From assembly GCA_902805855.1 (NCBI GenBank), contig CADCUJ010000078.1, positions 8,500 to 72,499 of the forward strand: a stretch of DNA of 64,000 nucleotides, in the 5' to 3' direction. This DNA is from an uncultured Nocardioidaceae bacterium. Its GTDB lineage: Bacteria; Actinomycetota; Actinomycetes; Propionibacteriales; Nocardioidaceae. The translations under genes and the position numbers were made by a program. Under the pieces are notes generated by a model, which did not search any database, had not been told where the DNA came from, and saw nothing but the letters and a program-made list of their open reading frames with translations. This document shows positions 38,760-49,522 of the stretch, one piece after another. Every line of letters starts with the position of its first letter. The stretch's first letter is position 1.

Positions 38760-41417
38760 ATGGCGACCCGTACGTCTTCCCCGCCGGCGTCGCGGAGCAG
38801 GAGCACAAGTTCGAGCAGGCGTGCGACGAGCTCCAAGACCCGGTCGTCCGGCAGCCAGTCCCGAGCGAAGTCCACGTCGAGCCGCGGCACGAAGACCAAG
38901 AAGCGGCCGGCGCCCCGGGCGGTCCGGAACGGGACTGGCCCTATTGCGCGGATGTTCGCTGCCGTCTTCTCCGGCATCCTCCGGGCGGTCCAGGGCGCCT
39001 GGGCCGCCACTGCGCACGCGGTGGGCGCCACGGTCCGCCGCCTCGGACACACCGCACGCGACCTCGAGCCCGAGCATCGCCGAGACGGCGCGGGGCTCTT
39101 GCTGGTGGCCCTGGCGGTCGTCACGGCCGCGGCGGTGTGGTGGCAGCTTCCGGGTCAGATCGGCGGGGCGGTTCGCGCGATCGTCGCCGGCTCGGTCGGG
39201 TTGCTGGCTTGGTTCGTGCCGGTGCTGTTGTGCTTCATCGCCTGGCGAAACCTGCGGGACCCGGAGAGCAACGGACCCGCCGGTCGTCAGGCCATCGGGT
39301 GGTCCGCGCTGCTGCTGGGCCTGCTCGGGCTGGTACACATCGCCAACGGCATGCCGGAGCCCGAGCTCGGCGACACCGCACCGCTGCAGCAGGCAGGAGG
39401 TGCGCTGGGATTCGTGGTCTCCTCGCTGCTGCTGGACCTGTTGCGCAGCACCCTGGTCGTGGTGCCGCTGCTGGCGCTGCTCGCCGTCTTCGGTCTGCTG
39501 GTGGTCACCTCGACCCCCGTCTACCGGATTCCCTCCCGACTGGGGGCAGCGCGTGAGCGACTGCTGGGTCGGAGCCCGGCGGGGGCGGACGCCGATGCCG
39601 GCGAGGAGGCCGCAGCGATCCCGCAGCAGCGCAGCCGTTCCCGGAGCCGCGTGGCCAGCATGCTGACGGGCCGCGGAGGCGAGGAGGACATCGACGACGA
39701 GCAGATTGGCGAGCCGGCCTATGCCAGCCCGGTGCTCGAGAGCCGGGCGCTGCGGCAATCAGCGAGCAGCGCAGAGGTCGACGCGGGCACGACCGCACCA
39801 GGACCAGCCAGCGACCGGGCCGCCGATGGGGCCGCCGATGGGGCCGCCGACGGGGCCGCTGGGCCGGAGGACCTCGGCAAGGGTGAGCTGGAGCCCCCGC
39901 CGCACACGCCGCTTCCGGCGAGGGTGGAGCAGCTGGCGCTCTCCGGGGACATCACCTACTCGCTGCCCGGCAACGAGATGCTCCGGGCGGGTAGCCCGCA
40001 CAAGGCCCGGTCCAAGGCCTCCGACGAGGTCGTGGGACGGCTCACCGAGGTGCTCGAGCAGTTCGACATCGACGCACAGGTGACCGGCTACACGCGAGGA
40101 CCGACAGTCACCCGCTACGAGGTGGAGCTCGGTCCCGCGGTCAAGGTGGAGAAGGTCACCGCCCTCGGCAAGAACATCGCCTACGCCGTGGCCAGTGCAG
40201 ACGTGCGGATCCTGTCACCGATCCCCGGCAAGTCCGCGATCGGCATCGAGATCCCCAACTCGGACAAGGAGATCGTCTCTCTCGGCGACGTGCTCCGCAG
40301 CGGCAACGCCCGCAACGACCACCACCCGATGGTGGTCGGGCTCGGCAAGGACGTCGAAGGTGGCTTCGTGGTCGCCAACATGGCGAAGATGCCGCACCTT
40401 CTGGTCGCCGGCGCCACCGGGTCCGGGAAGTCCAGCTTCGTGAACTCGATGATCACCTCGATCCTGATGCGCGCGACCCCCGACGAGGTGCGGATGATCC
40501 TGGTCGACCCGAAGCGGGTCGAGCTCAACCACTACGAAGGCGTTCCGCATCTGATCAGCCCGATCATCACCAGCCCGAAGAAGGCAGCCGAGGCGCTGTC
40601 CTGGGTGGTCCGCGAGATGGACATGAGGTACGACGACCTCGCCACCTTCGGCTTCCGGCACGTCGACGACTTCAACAAGGCGGTCCGGGCCGGCAAGGTC
40701 CAGGCACCCGCGGGCAGCGAGCGAGTGCTCTCGCCGTACCCCTACCTGCTCGTGGTGGTCGACGAGCTGGCCGACCTGATGATGGTTGCCCCTCGTGACG
40801 TGGAGGACGCGATCGTCCGGATCACCCAGCTCGCCCGGGCAGCCGGCATCCACCTGATCCTGGCGACCCAACGGCCCAGCGTCGACGTGGTCACCGGGCT
40901 GATCAAGGCCAACGTGCCGTCCCGGCTGGCGTTCTCCACCTCCTCGCTCGCCGACAGCCGGGTGATCCTCGACCAGCCGGGTGCGGAGAAGCTGGTCGGC
41001 CAAGGCGACGGCCTGTTCCTGCCGATGGGTGCGGGGAAGCCGGTGCGGGTGCAGGGCTCCTGGGTCACCGAGGCCGAGGTGCACCAGGTCGTCCGGCACT
41101 GCAAGGAACAGCTCTCGCCGACCTATCGCGACGACGTGACCGCCCCGCAGCAGGCCAAGCGCGAGCTCGACGACGAGATCGGTGACGACATGCAGCTGGT
41201 CGTCGCGGCGATCGAGCTGGTCGTCTCGACGCAGTTCGGCTCCACGTCGATGCTGCAGCGCAAGCTGCGGGTCGGCTTCGCCAAGGCGGGTCGGCTTATG
41301 GACATCCTGGAGAGCCGAGGCGTGGTGGGTCCGAGCGAAGGCTCCAAGGCCCGCGACGTCTTGATCAAGCCCGACGAACTCGACCAAGTCCTCGCCACAC
41401 TGCAGGGAGAACAGTGA
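38760..41417 (+). CDS. ftsK: DNA translocase FtsK/SpoIIIE
   Basis: Ser/Arg-rich N-terminus, 4 TM segments, a long linker, motor domain ([20 protein letters not shown]), and a gamma winged-helix ([24 protein letters not shown]). An alternative start lies at 38733. Confidence 0.95.
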   Translation: MATRTSSPPASRSRSTSSSRRATSSKTRSSGSQSRAKSTSSRGTKTKKRPAPRAVRNGTGPIARMFAAVFSGILRAVQGAWAATAHAVGATVRRLGHTARDLEPEHRRDGAGLLLVALAVVTAAAVWWQLPGQIGGAVRAIVAGSVGLLAWFVPVLLCFIAWRNLRDPESNGPAGRQAIGWSALLLGLLGLVHIANGMPEPELGDTAPLQQAGGALGFVVSSLLLDLLRSTLVVVPLLALLAVFGLLVVTSTPVYRIPSRLGAARERLLGRSPAGADADAGEEAAAIPQQRSRSRSRVASMLTGRGGEEDIDDEQIGEPAYASPVLESRALRQSASSAEVDAGTTAPGPASDRAADGAADGAADGAAGPEDLGKGELEPPPHTPLPARVEQLALSGDITYSLPGNEMLRAGSPHKARSKASDEVVGRLTEVLEQFDIDAQVTGYTRGPTVTRYEVELGPAVKVEKVTALGKNIAYAVASADVRILSPIPGKSAIGIEIPNSDKEIVSLGDVLRSGNARNDHHPMVVGLGKDVEGGFVVANMAKMPHLLVAGATGSGKSSFVNSMITSILMRATPDEVRMILVDPKRVELNHYEGVPHLISPIITSPKKAAEALSWVVREMDMRYDDLATFGFRHVDDFNKAVRAGKVQAPAGSERVLSPYPYLLVVVDELADLMMVAPRDVEDAIVRITQLARAAGIHLILATQRPSVDVVTGLIKANVPSRLAFSTSSLADSRVILDQPGAEKLVGQGDGLFLPMGAGKPVRVQGSWVTEAEVHQVVRHCKEQLSPTYRDDVTAPQQAKRELDDEIGDDMQLVVAAIELVVSTQFGSTSMLQRKLRVGFAKAGRLMDILESRGVVGPSEGSKARDVLIKPDELDQVLATLQGEQ
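39819..39860 (+). repeat. 12-nt in-frame tandem repeat (GCCGCCGATGGG x3 plus a partial copy) encoding AADG repeats in the FtsK linker
   Basis: Read directly: gccgccgatggg gccgccgatggg gccgccgacggg gccgct. Confidence 0.85.
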
Positions 41418-43489
41418 GCGCTCTACATACCTCGCCTCGCAACGATTCCGACGGCGAGCACGACAGTCACGACGACGCCGTACTCGCCGCGACCCCGGTG
41501 GTCGTGCGCAGACGCGCGGGCCTCGCCGCGCTGATCGGTGCCGCCGCGTCCGCGGTCGCGATCGCGTACCTCTGGCGTGCCTCGCAGACCATGACGCCCC
41601 TGGACTGGGCGTTGTGCGCGGTGATGGCCCTGGTCGCCGGCTACTACCTGACCTCACTGGTGGACGCCCGCACGCCACTGGCCGTGGCCGACGACCTCGG
41701 CGTCCGGATCCGGCTCGGCGACGAGTGGAGAGGCCTGCCCTGGGACGCGATCCGCCAGGTCGCGGTCCACCCGCGTCGCAACCTGCTCCGCGACGGACGG
41801 CTGGTCTTCGTGCCGCACAGCGCGGCGCGCGCCGTCGAAGGGCTCGAGGGCAAGGCGAAGCGGCATGCGGGCCTGAACCAGAAGATGTACGGCGGGGCAC
41901 TGGCTGTGCCGGTCGGGTTCACGACGCGCGTCACCACCACCGGCGAGCCCGGACACGAGCTCGACCAGACCGGTGAGCAGAGTCCCGACGAGCCCGACGG
42001 CCGGGCGGAAGGCAAGCGCAGCCTCGTGGACCAGCTCACCTTGTTGTCACGTGGTGCGGCCGAGGTCGTCGAGATCGCTGCCAAGCCGGCACCAGCGGAG
42101 GTCGATGCCGACTCGACACCGGAGCCGGAGCTCGCTGGTGCACCACAGGGCGACGAGGGACCGCAGGCGCAGCGCAGGTCGATGCGCGACCAGGCTCGGC
42201 AGCGAGCACGCCGCTGGAGCGAGGACCGGGCACGTGAGCGCGCTGAGCTCCGCGCACGACGGACGGCGGAAGCCGAGGAAGCCCCCGAGACAGCCACCGA
42301 GACAGCCACCGAGACAGCCACCGAGACAGCCACCGAGAAGCCGGTCCCGGCCGCAGCCCAGCCGGAGCGGATCACGGTCCGGCGTCGCCGGCTCGGTGGG
42401 ATCGGGTTGATCGTCTCTCGGGTCCGCAAGGCGCGACGACCCGAGGTCGAGGTCGACGGCGAGGTGGTCCAGGTACCACTCGATGCGGCGGCCGAGCCCG
42501 TGCAGGCACCGAGCCCGAGTGAGGGTCGCGAGGCGGTCCCGTTCCGAGAGACGCGGCGAGCGCTGCGCGCCGAGATCACCCGGGACCTCCCGGCCACCGC
42601 ATCGGGGAAGGCCACCGAGGCGAAGGACGTCGCCACCGACGAGGACCAGGGACCGGCTGGTTGGGTGACCTCGCGGGTCCGGCCGATCTCCCGGCTGGGT
42701 GACCCGGTAGAGCCGCTGGTCATCGACGACTTCGTCACCGAACCTGCCTACGACCCGGTGATCGGCCCGGACCTGATGGCCGCCCGCACCCGCCTCGGGC
42801 TCTCGGTCGACGAGCTGGCCGACCGGACCCGGATCCGGCCGCACGTGATCGAGTCGATCGAGGTCGACGACTTCGCGCCCTGCGGAGGCGACTTCTACGC
42901 CAGAGGTCACCTGCGGACACTGGCCCGGGTCCTGGGCAAGGACCCGGCGCCGCTGATGGCTGCGTTCGAGGAGCGGTACGCCACCGCTCCGGTGAACGCG
43001 CGCCGCGTCTTCGAGGCCGAGCTGGCGACCGGGATGCGCAACAACATGCGTGGCGCGATCGGAGGGCCCAACTGGGGTCTGCTGATCGGGGTGGTGCTCG
43101 CCCTGGTGCTGGTGTGGGGCGTCGTGCGGTTCTTCTCCGCTGAACCGGCCGACCTGGTGCAGAACCCGGCACCGGGTCTCAACGGATCGGCAGGCCTCGA
43201 GAGTGACCCAGGGTCCGGTCGCGGACCGGGCGCGGGGGCGTCGGCGGCGAAGCCGGTGCTTGTGGTGCTCACCGCCGAGGAGGCACCCTCCCGGGTCGTC
43301 GTCCGCGACAAGGACGGGCGGATCACGTTCACCGGCGAGGTCCGCCCCGGTGAACCCACCCGACTTCGGGTCACGCCGCCAGTGCGCGTGCGCGCCGACA
43401 ACGCGGGCAGGGTCGACGTCTCGGTCCGAGGCAACGACCGAGGGGCCGTCGGCGCCATCGGACAGGCGGGCAGCCGGACCTTCGGCTGA
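41414..43489 (+). CDS. RodZ-like protein (HTH + TM + DUF4115-like C-terminus) with a long N-terminal membrane/low-complexity extension
   Basis: [54 protein letters not shown] region, a TM helix ([18 protein letters not shown]), and a C-terminal beta-rich domain. The N-terminal 400 aa add 2 TM helices and charged repeats. GTGA overlap with ftsK. Confidence 0.7.
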   Translation: MSALHTSPRNDSDGEHDSHDDAVLAATPVVVRRRAGLAALIGAAASAVAIAYLWRASQTMTPLDWALCAVMALVAGYYLTSLVDARTPLAVADDLGVRIRLGDEWRGLPWDAIRQVAVHPRRNLLRDGRLVFVPHSAARAVEGLEGKAKRHAGLNQKMYGGALAVPVGFTTRVTTTGEPGHELDQTGEQSPDEPDGRAEGKRSLVDQLTLLSRGAAEVVEIAAKPAPAEVDADSTPEPELAGAPQGDEGPQAQRRSMRDQARQRARRWSEDRARERAELRARRTAEAEEAPETATETATETATETATEKPVPAAAQPERITVRRRRLGGIGLIVSRVRKARRPEVEVDGEVVQVPLDAAAEPVQAPSPSEGREAVPFRETRRALRAEITRDLPATASGKATEAKDVATDEDQGPAGWVTSRVRPISRLGDPVEPLVIDDFVTEPAYDPVIGPDLMAARTRLGLSVDELADRTRIRPHVIESIEVDDFAPCGGDFYARGHLRTLARVLGKDPAPLMAAFEERYATAPVNARRVFEAELATGMRNNMRGAIGGPNWGLLIGVVLALVLVWGVVRFFSAEPADLVQNPAPGLNGSAGLESDPGSGRGPGAGASAAKPVLVVLTAEEAPSRVVVRDKDGRITFTGEVRPGEPTRLRVTPPVRVRADNAGRVDVSVRGNDRGAVGAIGQAGSRTFG
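42287..42334 (+). repeat. Perfect 12-nt tandem repeat (GAGACAGCCACC x4) encoding ETAT repeats
   Basis: Read directly. The four copies are identical. Confidence 0.95.
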
Positions 43490-43550
43490 ACGGAGCCGCC
43501 TGTCACCGGTTCGTGTCCCGGCACGGCAGCCGTCATACTCGTGGACGACG

Positions 43551-45095
43551 ATGACGACTTCAACGCACACCCGTCCTCGGGGCGGCAGCTCGCAGTCCCC
43601 AGGCGGGGAGCCGACCTCCGTAGCCGTGGTGACCCTTGGCTGCGCTCGCAACGAGGTCGACTCCGAGGAGCTGGCCGGCCGGCTCGAGGCGGGAGGCTTC
43701 CGCCTGGTCGAGGAGGCCGACGAGGCCGAGACCGTGGTGGTGAACACCTGCGGCTTCGTCGAGGCGGCCAAGAAGGACTCCGTCGACACGCTGCTGGAGG
43801 CTGCGGACCTGAAGTCGCAGGGTACGGCCCGCGCGGTCGTTGCCGTGGGCTGCCTGGCGGAACGCTACGGCAAGGACCTCGCCGAGACCCTGCCCGAGGC
43901 CGACGCCGTGCTGGGCTTCGACGACTACCCCGACATCGCCGACCGGCTCCGGTCCATCCTGGCCGGGATCCAGCACCACCCGCACGTCCCCCGCGACCGT
44001 CGCGACCTGCTGCCGATCTCGCCCGCGGATCGCCCCGGGAGCGGGACCGTGGTGCCGGGCCATGCGATCGCCCCGCCGGACCTGCCAGCTCACACGACGC
44101 CGGCGAGCGGGCCGCGCGCGGTGCGTCGACGCCTTGACGGTGGGCCGGTGGCACCGCTGAAGCTGGCCAGCGGCTGCGACCGCCGGTGCACGTTCTGCGC
44201 GATCCCCAGCTTTCGCGGGTCCTATCTGTCCCGCCGGCCCACCGAGGTCCTCGACGAGGCCCGCTGGCTGGCCGCCCAAGGCGTCAAGGAGCTGTACCTG
44301 GTCAGCGAGAACTCCACCTCCTACGGCAAGGACCTCGGTGACCTCCGACTCCTCGAGACGTTGCTGGCTGAGCTGGCCGCCGTCGAAGGGGTCGAGCGGG
44401 TCCGGGTGTCCTACCTGCAACCAGCCGAGACCCGGCCGGGTCTGGTCGAGGCGATCGCGGGCACCCCTGGTGTGGCCGACTACTTCGACCTGTCCTTCCA
44501 ACACGCCTCACCTCGGGTGCTCCGGCGGATGCGGCGCTTCGGCGACAGCGAGAGCTTCCTCGGCCTGCTCCATCAGATCCGCTCTCTGGCGCCGGCAGCC
44601 GGAGTGCGCTCGAACGTGATCGTCGGCTTCCCCGGGGAGACCGAGCAGGACGTGGCGATCCTCTGTGACTTCCTCGAAGCGGCTCGGATGGATGCTGTCG
44701 GGGTCTTCGGGTACTCCGACGAGGACGGGACCGAGGCGGCGTCGTACGACCTGAAGCTCGAGGAGGACGTGATCCGAGAGCGGACCGAGCGCGTGAGCCG
44801 ATTCGTGGAGCAGCTCACCGACCAGCGCGCGGAGGAGCGGCATGGTGAGCGCGTCGACGTCCTCGTCGAGCAGGTGGCCGACGGCGGCACCCGTGCCGAG
44901 GGGCGCGCCGCCCACCAAGGACCCGAGGTGGACGGTTCCACGATGCTCGTGGACCTGCCACCCGGGACGAGCCCCGGTGACGTGGTCGCGGCTACCGTCA
45001 CCGGCTCCGACGGTGTGGACCTCGTTGCGCGCGGCATCCTCGGCTCGGTCCGCGGGCAAGGTGTCCACGGACGAGGCGGACGTCGTGTCGACTGA
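43551..45095 (+). CDS. rimO: Ribosomal protein S12 methylthiotransferase RimO
   Basis: [17 protein letters not shown]-terminal MTTase motif, radical-SAM [11 protein letters not shown], and a C-terminal TRAM-like region. Confidence 0.88.
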   Translation: MTTSTHTRPRGGSSQSPGGEPTSVAVVTLGCARNEVDSEELAGRLEAGGFRLVEEADEAETVVVNTCGFVEAAKKDSVDTLLEAADLKSQGTARAVVAVGCLAERYGKDLAETLPEADAVLGFDDYPDIADRLRSILAGIQHHPHVPRDRRDLLPISPADRPGSGTVVPGHAIAPPDLPAHTTPASGPRAVRRRLDGGPVAPLKLASGCDRRCTFCAIPSFRGSYLSRRPTEVLDEARWLAAQGVKELYLVSENSTSYGKDLGDLRLLETLLAELAAVEGVERVRVSYLQPAETRPGLVEAIAGTPGVADYFDLSFQHASPRVLRRMRRFGDSESFLGLLHQIRSLAPAAGVRSNVIVGFPGETEQDVAILCDFLEAARMDAVGVFGYSDEDGTEAASYDLKLEEDVIRERTERVSRFVEQLTDQRAEERHGERVDVLVEQVADGGTRAEGRAAHQGPEVDGSTMLVDLPPGTSPGDVVAATVTGSDGVDLVARGILGSVRGQGVHGRGGRRVD

Positions 45096-45705
45096 CCAGG
45101 GACGCGGTCAGGCCAGCAACTGGAACCTGCCCAACGCGCTGACCACGCTGCGGATCGTGCTGGTGCCGTTCTTCGCCTGGGCTGTGCTCGTCGACGACGG
45201 CGAGTCGGTGCTGTGGCGGTGTGTTGCGTTCGCCATCTTCGCCGGGGCGATGATCACCGACAAGGTCGACGGGGACCTCGCCCGCAAGCACGACCTGGTG
45301 ACGAACTTCGGCAAGATCGCCGACCCGATCGCGGACAAGGCGATCACCGGGATGGCGTTCATCGCTCTCTCGATCATCGGTGAGCTGTGGTGGTGGGTCA
45401 CGATCGTCGTCCTGCTGCGTGAGTGGAGCGTGACCTTGATGCGGCTGTCGGTGGCCAAGCACGTGGTGATCGCCGCGAACCGGGGCGGCAAGGTCAAGAC
45501 CGTCCTGCAGACAGCCGCCCTCGGGGCCTTGCTCCTACCCCTTCGACAGATCGACGGGACGGCGGGAGAGATCACGGCCGCCCTGTGGTGGGTGGCAGTG
45601 GTGCTGATGGGTGCGGCCGTGGTGGCGACCGTGTGGACCGGCATCGACTTCTTCAAGGATGCGGTGACCCAGCGCCGGCACCACCGGAGCACGACCTCAG
45701 TGTGA
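45085..45705 (+). CDS. pgsA: CDP-diacylglycerol--glycerol-3-phosphate 3-phosphatidyltransferase
   Basis: CDP-alcohol phosphotransferase motif [27 protein letters not shown]. Start is GTG at 45085 (or 45061). Confidence 0.88.
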   Translation: MSTDQGRGQASNWNLPNALTTLRIVLVPFFAWAVLVDDGESVLWRCVAFAIFAGAMITDKVDGDLARKHDLVTNFGKIADPIADKAITGMAFIALSIIGELWWWVTIVVLLREWSVTLMRLSVAKHVVIAANRGGKVKTVLQTAALGALLLPLRQIDGTAGEITAALWWVAVVLMGAAVVATVWTGIDFFKDAVTQRRHHRSTTSV

Positions 45706-47532
45706 GGCGGGCTCGGTCCGCACGGGTCGATCGAGCGTCTGCTCCTTGCCCTGAGCCTGCTGCTTGGCCTGGTCCAGCGCGACCGCGGCTCCGACCAGCG
45801 CGAGGTGGGAGAAGGCCTGTGGGAAGTTCCCGGTCATCCGCCGGTTGATCGGGTCGTACTCCTCCGAGAGCAGCCCGACGTCGTTGGGCAGGGCCAACAG
45901 CCGGGTCATCAGCTCGTCGGCGTCCTCCAGCCTCCCGGCCTTGGCGTAGGCGGTGACCAACCAGAACGAGCAGGCGAGGAATGGGTGCTCGTCGCCGGAC
46001 AGACCGTCGACCCCCGTCTCGGTGCGGTAGCGCAGGAGGAGGCCGTCGACCATCAGGTCCTCCTCGACAGCCTTGATCGTGCCCAGCATCCGGGGGTCGT
46101 TCCCGGGTAGGAACCCGACCGCGGGGATGACCAGCAGGGAGGCGTCGACCTCTGTGGTGTCGTAGTGCTGGGTGAAGGTGTTGCGCTCGTGGTCGAAGCC
46201 CTTGTCGAGGATCTCTGCGCGGACCCGGTCGCGCAGATCGCGCCACTGCTCCACCGGACCCTGCAACCCGTGCTTCTCGACGCCGGCGATGGCCCGGTCG
46301 AACGCGGCCCACACCATGACGCGGGAGTGGGTGAAGTGTCGGCGGGGACCGCGCATCTCCCACAGGCCGTGGTCGGGAGTGTCCCAGTGCTCGGCGAGCT
46401 CGCCGACCAACGCGCACTGCAACGACCAGGCGTCGGCATGGTCCTCGAGGCCCAGCTCGCGTGCGGTCTCCAGCGCCACCATCACTTCGCCGAGCACGTC
46501 GGTCTGCCGCTGCTTCGCGGCGTCGTTGCCGACCCGAACCGGTCGTGAGTCGGCATATCCTCCGAGGTGGTCCAGCGCTCGTTCGGGCAGCTCGCGGCCG
46601 CCGTCGACGGTGTACATGATCTGGAGGTCGCCAGGGTCACCGGCGACCGCGCGCAGCAGCCAGCTGCGCCACAGCCGCGCCTCGTGCTGGTAACCGCAGA
46701 CGAGGAAGGCCTCCAAGGTGAGGGAGGCGTCGCGCAGCCAGCAGTACCGGTAGTCCCAGTTGCGCACGCCACCGAGGTCCTCGGGCAACGAGGTGGTGGG
46801 CGCCGCGACGATGCCGCCGGTCCCGGCGTGGGTCAGCAAGCGCAGGGTCACCAGCGAGCGCACCACCTCGTCGCGGCACCGGCCGGTGTACTCGCAGCGG
46901 TCCGCCCATCGCTCGGCCAGGGAGATGGTCTGCTCGATGCGCTCATCGAACTCCAGCAGCTCGGGCACGTCCCGGTGGGACTCGATCCACGTCGTGGAGA
47001 AGGTCATCGTGTCGCCTGCATGCACGTCGAACTCGTCACTGTGGATGCCGTCGTGTGCGTCCGGCAGCCTGGGTCCACGCAGGAGGACCTTGTCGGGTCC
47101 GGCGACCGCCGTGATCAGGTCCTGCCCGTCGACGGTGTGGCGAGTCACCCAGGGCCGTACCTTGCCGTAGCTCATCCGCACGATCCACTCGTGGTGCAAC
47201 CGAACCCGTCCCTCGACACCGACGATGCGGCGCACGATGTCGTGGCGGTTGTCGGCCAACGGCATCAGGTCGACGACTCGCACGACTCCGGTCTCGGTCG
47301 TCCAGGTGGTCTCCAGGGCCGCGCTGTGGCCGATGTAGCGGCGCTTGCAGGTGTACTCGCCGACCGCACCGATCTTCCATCGACCGTTGCGTGGCTCACC
47401 GAGCAAAGCCGCGAAGCAGGCCGGTGAGTCGAAGCGCGGCAGACACAGCCAGTCGACCGAACCGTCGGCGCCGATCAGCGCTGCTGTCTCCGTGTCGCCG
47501 AGCACGGCGTAGTCCTCGATGGGCAGTGCCAT
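45697..47532 (-). CDS. Glycoside hydrolase family 15 protein (glucoamylase/trehalase-like)
   Basis: IEDYAVLGDTETAALIGADGSVDWLCLPRFDSPACFAALLG N-terminus and an (alpha/alpha)6 catalytic region (NWDYRYCWLRDAS). The 3' end overlaps pgsA by 9 nt (convergent). Confidence 0.88.
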   Translation of the reverse strand: MALPIEDYAVLGDTETAALIGADGSVDWLCLPRFDSPACFAALLGEPRNGRWKIGAVGEYTCKRRYIGHSAALETTWTTETGVVRVVDLMPLADNRHDIVRRIVGVEGRVRLHHEWIVRMSYGKVRPWVTRHTVDGQDLITAVAGPDKVLLRGPRLPDAHDGIHSDEFDVHAGDTMTFSTTWIESHRDVPELLEFDERIEQTISLAERWADRCEYTGRCRDEVVRSLVTLRLLTHAGTGGIVAAPTTSLPEDLGGVRNWDYRYCWLRDASLTLEAFLVCGYQHEARLWRSWLLRAVAGDPGDLQIMYTVDGGRELPERALDHLGGYADSRPVRVGNDAAKQRQTDVLGEVMVALETARELGLEDHADAWSLQCALVGELAEHWDTPDHGLWEMRGPRRHFTHSRVMVWAAFDRAIAGVEKHGLQGPVEQWRDLRDRVRAEILDKGFDHERNTFTQHYDTTEVDASLLVIPAVGFLPGNDPRMLGTIKAVEEDLMVDGLLLRYRTETGVDGLSGDEHPFLACSFWLVTAYAKAGRLEDADELMTRLLALPNDVGLLSEEYDPINRRMTGNFPQAFSHLALVGAAVALDQAKQQAQGKEQTLDRPVRTEPASH

Positions 47533-47601
47533 ACCGCGAACGCTAGCCGGTCGGGCACGGCCCGGCCCCGGGGCCTGCGCCGCACGTGGTTACATGCCGG
47601 T

Positions 47602-48189
47602 GTGCCTGTCGCAGACGACTCCGGTCGATCCCAGCCGGCTCCGGCGGATGATGGTGGTACGGATGCTGCGGCGATGGCCTCGACCCTCGCGGCAGACCTG
47701 CTGCGTCGGTCGGCAACGGTCGCCACAGCCGAGTCGGTGACGGGGGGCGCCCTCGGTGACCTGCTCAGCGCCGCACCCGGCGCCAGCACCACCTACCTCG
47801 GTGGCGTGATCAGCTACGCGACGGACCTCAAGCAGCGACTTCTCGACGTGTCCCCGGCGACCATCCAGCGACACGGAGTGGTCTCGGCCGAGTGCGCGAC
47901 GGAGATGGCGCTCGGTGCCCGTTCGATCACCGGTGCCGACTACGCCGTCAGTACTACGGGCGTGGCGGGTCCCGCCGAGCAGGAGGGCAAGCCCGTCGGG
48001 CTGGTCTACCTCGCCGTCGCGGGTCCCGACGGTGTGGCCGCCCGCGAGCTGAGGCTGCACGGTGTCCGAGCCGAGATCCGGGCCCAGATCTGCCGTGAGG
48101 CGGTCTCGGCAGTGACCTCGATGCTGGCCGGAGCCGGGGGCGGTGTCGGCGACGCCAGTCTCGGGGACGCCTCCGAGACCGTTGGGTAG
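47602..48189 (+). CDS. cinA: CinA-family nicotinamide-nucleotide amidohydrolase domain protein (PncC-like)
   Basis: ATAESVTGGALGDLL..YLGGVISY..GVVSAECA..AVSTTGVAGP motifs. An alternative start lies at 47674 (MASTLAADLL). Confidence 0.85.
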   Translation: MPVADDSGRSQPAPADDGGTDAAAMASTLAADLLRRSATVATAESVTGGALGDLLSAAPGASTTYLGGVISYATDLKQRLLDVSPATIQRHGVVSAECATEMALGARSITGADYAVSTTGVAGPAEQEGKPVGLVYLAVAGPDGVAARELRLHGVRAEIRAQICREAVSAVTSMLAGAGGGVGDASLGDASETVG

Positions 48190-48293
48190 GCTTGGACGAC
48201 GGTCGGCGGCGGGAAGATCGCCCGGCCCGCTAGCGTTAGGCCCGCGTCGGCGCAACTGCGCCGGGCAGCACTCGTGCCGAAGGGAGCAGTCAG

Positions 48294-48635
48294 TTGGTGC
48301 TCTTCCGTCGGCTGCTCGGCGAGGTGCTACGCGCGAAGCGGATGCGCCAGGGTCGGACCCTGCGGCAGGTCTCTGCCGACGCCCGGGTGAGCCTGGGCTA
48401 CATCTCCGAGGTCGAGCGCGGACAGAAGGAAGCCTCCTCCGAGCTGCTCGGATCGATCTGCGCGGCTCTCGACGTGCCGCTGTCGGAGGTCCTGTCGGAG
48501 GTGAGCGACGCCGTAGCCGTCGAGGAGGCGGCGATCGCGGTGCAGCTCGAGGACGTCGTCTTGGACACCTCCGGCATCGAGACGGCTCCGGACTCCGGGC
48601 CCCGTCCCGGCGGCGTCGTCGCCTCGGCCGCCTGA
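48294..48635 (+). CDS. clgR: XRE-family HTH regulator, ClgR-like
   Basis: [45 protein letters not shown]. About 110 aa. The conserved pgsA-cinA-clgR synteny matches mycobacteria and streptomycetes. Confidence 0.75.
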   Translation: MVLFRRLLGEVLRAKRMRQGRTLRQVSADARVSLGYISEVERGQKEASSELLGSICAALDVPLSEVLSEVSDAVAVEEAAIAVQLEDVVLDTSGIETAPDSGPRPGGVVASAA

Positions 48636-48685
48636 GGCAGGTCGACCGCGCAGCGGCCGAGCGAGGCTGCCTGCTCAACGACGGC

Positions 48686-49522
48686 TCAGCGGCTGCCGGC
48701 TCCGCCGACCGGACCTGGTTGGCAGCTCGGACACCAGTACGTCGCCCGCTCGTTGAGCGGCGCGACTCTCACCTGGCTGCCGCAACGTCGACACGCCTGG
48801 TCGTCGCGCCGGTACACCCACAGCTGCCTCCCGCGGCGGGTGTCGCCGGTGGTGGTCTGCGCGGGACGGTCCTTGTTGGCCGCCAGCACCAGCTGTGCCC
48901 GGTCCACCAGCCTCGCCAGGTCGGGTACGTCGCGGACCGGCAGCCACGGGTTCACGCCGAGCAGGAAGCACAGCTCGCACATGTACATGTTCCCGACGCC
49001 GGCCAGGTTGCGCTGGTCCAGCAGCGCCGCTCCGATGGGCCGGCCGGGGTCGCTTCGTAGCCGGCGCACCGCCTCCGCGGCGTCCCAGTCGGCTGCCAGC
49101 AGGTCCGGCCCCAGGTGGCCGACCACGTCGGGCTCCGACGCCGTCTCCACCACCTCGACGATGCCGAGGGAGAAGCCGACGGCCGTCCACTCGTCGGTGC
49201 GCAGCACCACCCTGGCCTGGTGGGCCGGCCGCTGCCACCGGCTGGCTGCACGGTAGAGGTGCCAGGACCCCTCCATCTTCAGGTGAGTGTGCAGGGTCAG
49301 CCGCCCGCTGGGCGGGTCCAGGTTTGCCCCCGCGTCCCGGGCTCTCGCGTCGATCCGGGTGAGCAGGTGCTTCCCGCGGGCGACGGTCTCCAGGACCCGG
49401 TGCCCGGACAGGTCGAGGGTCGCGTGGGCCGGGACGCGGAAGTCTGTCTCCACCAGGACCCGGCCCGACAGCGCGGCGTCCAGGTGGCGGGCGGTCCGGA
49501 AGACGGTGTCGCCCTCAGGCAC
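48686..49522 (-). CDS. nei: Endonuclease VIII / formamidopyrimidine-DNA glycosylase family (Nei)
   Basis: Begins V-PEGDTV (catalytic Pro2). H2TH motif LLDQRNLAGVGNMY. C-terminal zinc finger CRRCGS..YWCPSCQ. The GTG at 49522 overlaps the lhr stop by 8 nt. Confidence 0.9.
   Translation of the reverse strand: MPEGDTVFRTARHLDAALSGRVLVETDFRVPAHATLDLSGHRVLETVARGKHLLTRIDARARDAGANLDPPSGRLTLHTHLKMEGSWHLYRAASRWQRPAHQARVVLRTDEWTAVGFSLGIVEVVETASEPDVVGHLGPDLLAADWDAAEAVRRLRSDPGRPIGAALLDQRNLAGVGNMYMCELCFLLGVNPWLPVRDVPDLARLVDRAQLVLAANKDRPAQTTTGDTRRGRQLWVYRRDDQACRRCGSQVRVAPLNERATYWCPSCQPGPVGGAGSR

Noticed and set aside
48248-48263. The palindrome CGGCGCA-AC-TGCGCCG upstream of clgR as a ClgR auto-operator.
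   Set aside because: The CGC..GCG spacing is 4 nt rather than the 5 nt seen in described ClgR boxes and in the clpC1 site. It also lacks A/T flanks. It may be an unrelated hairpin.
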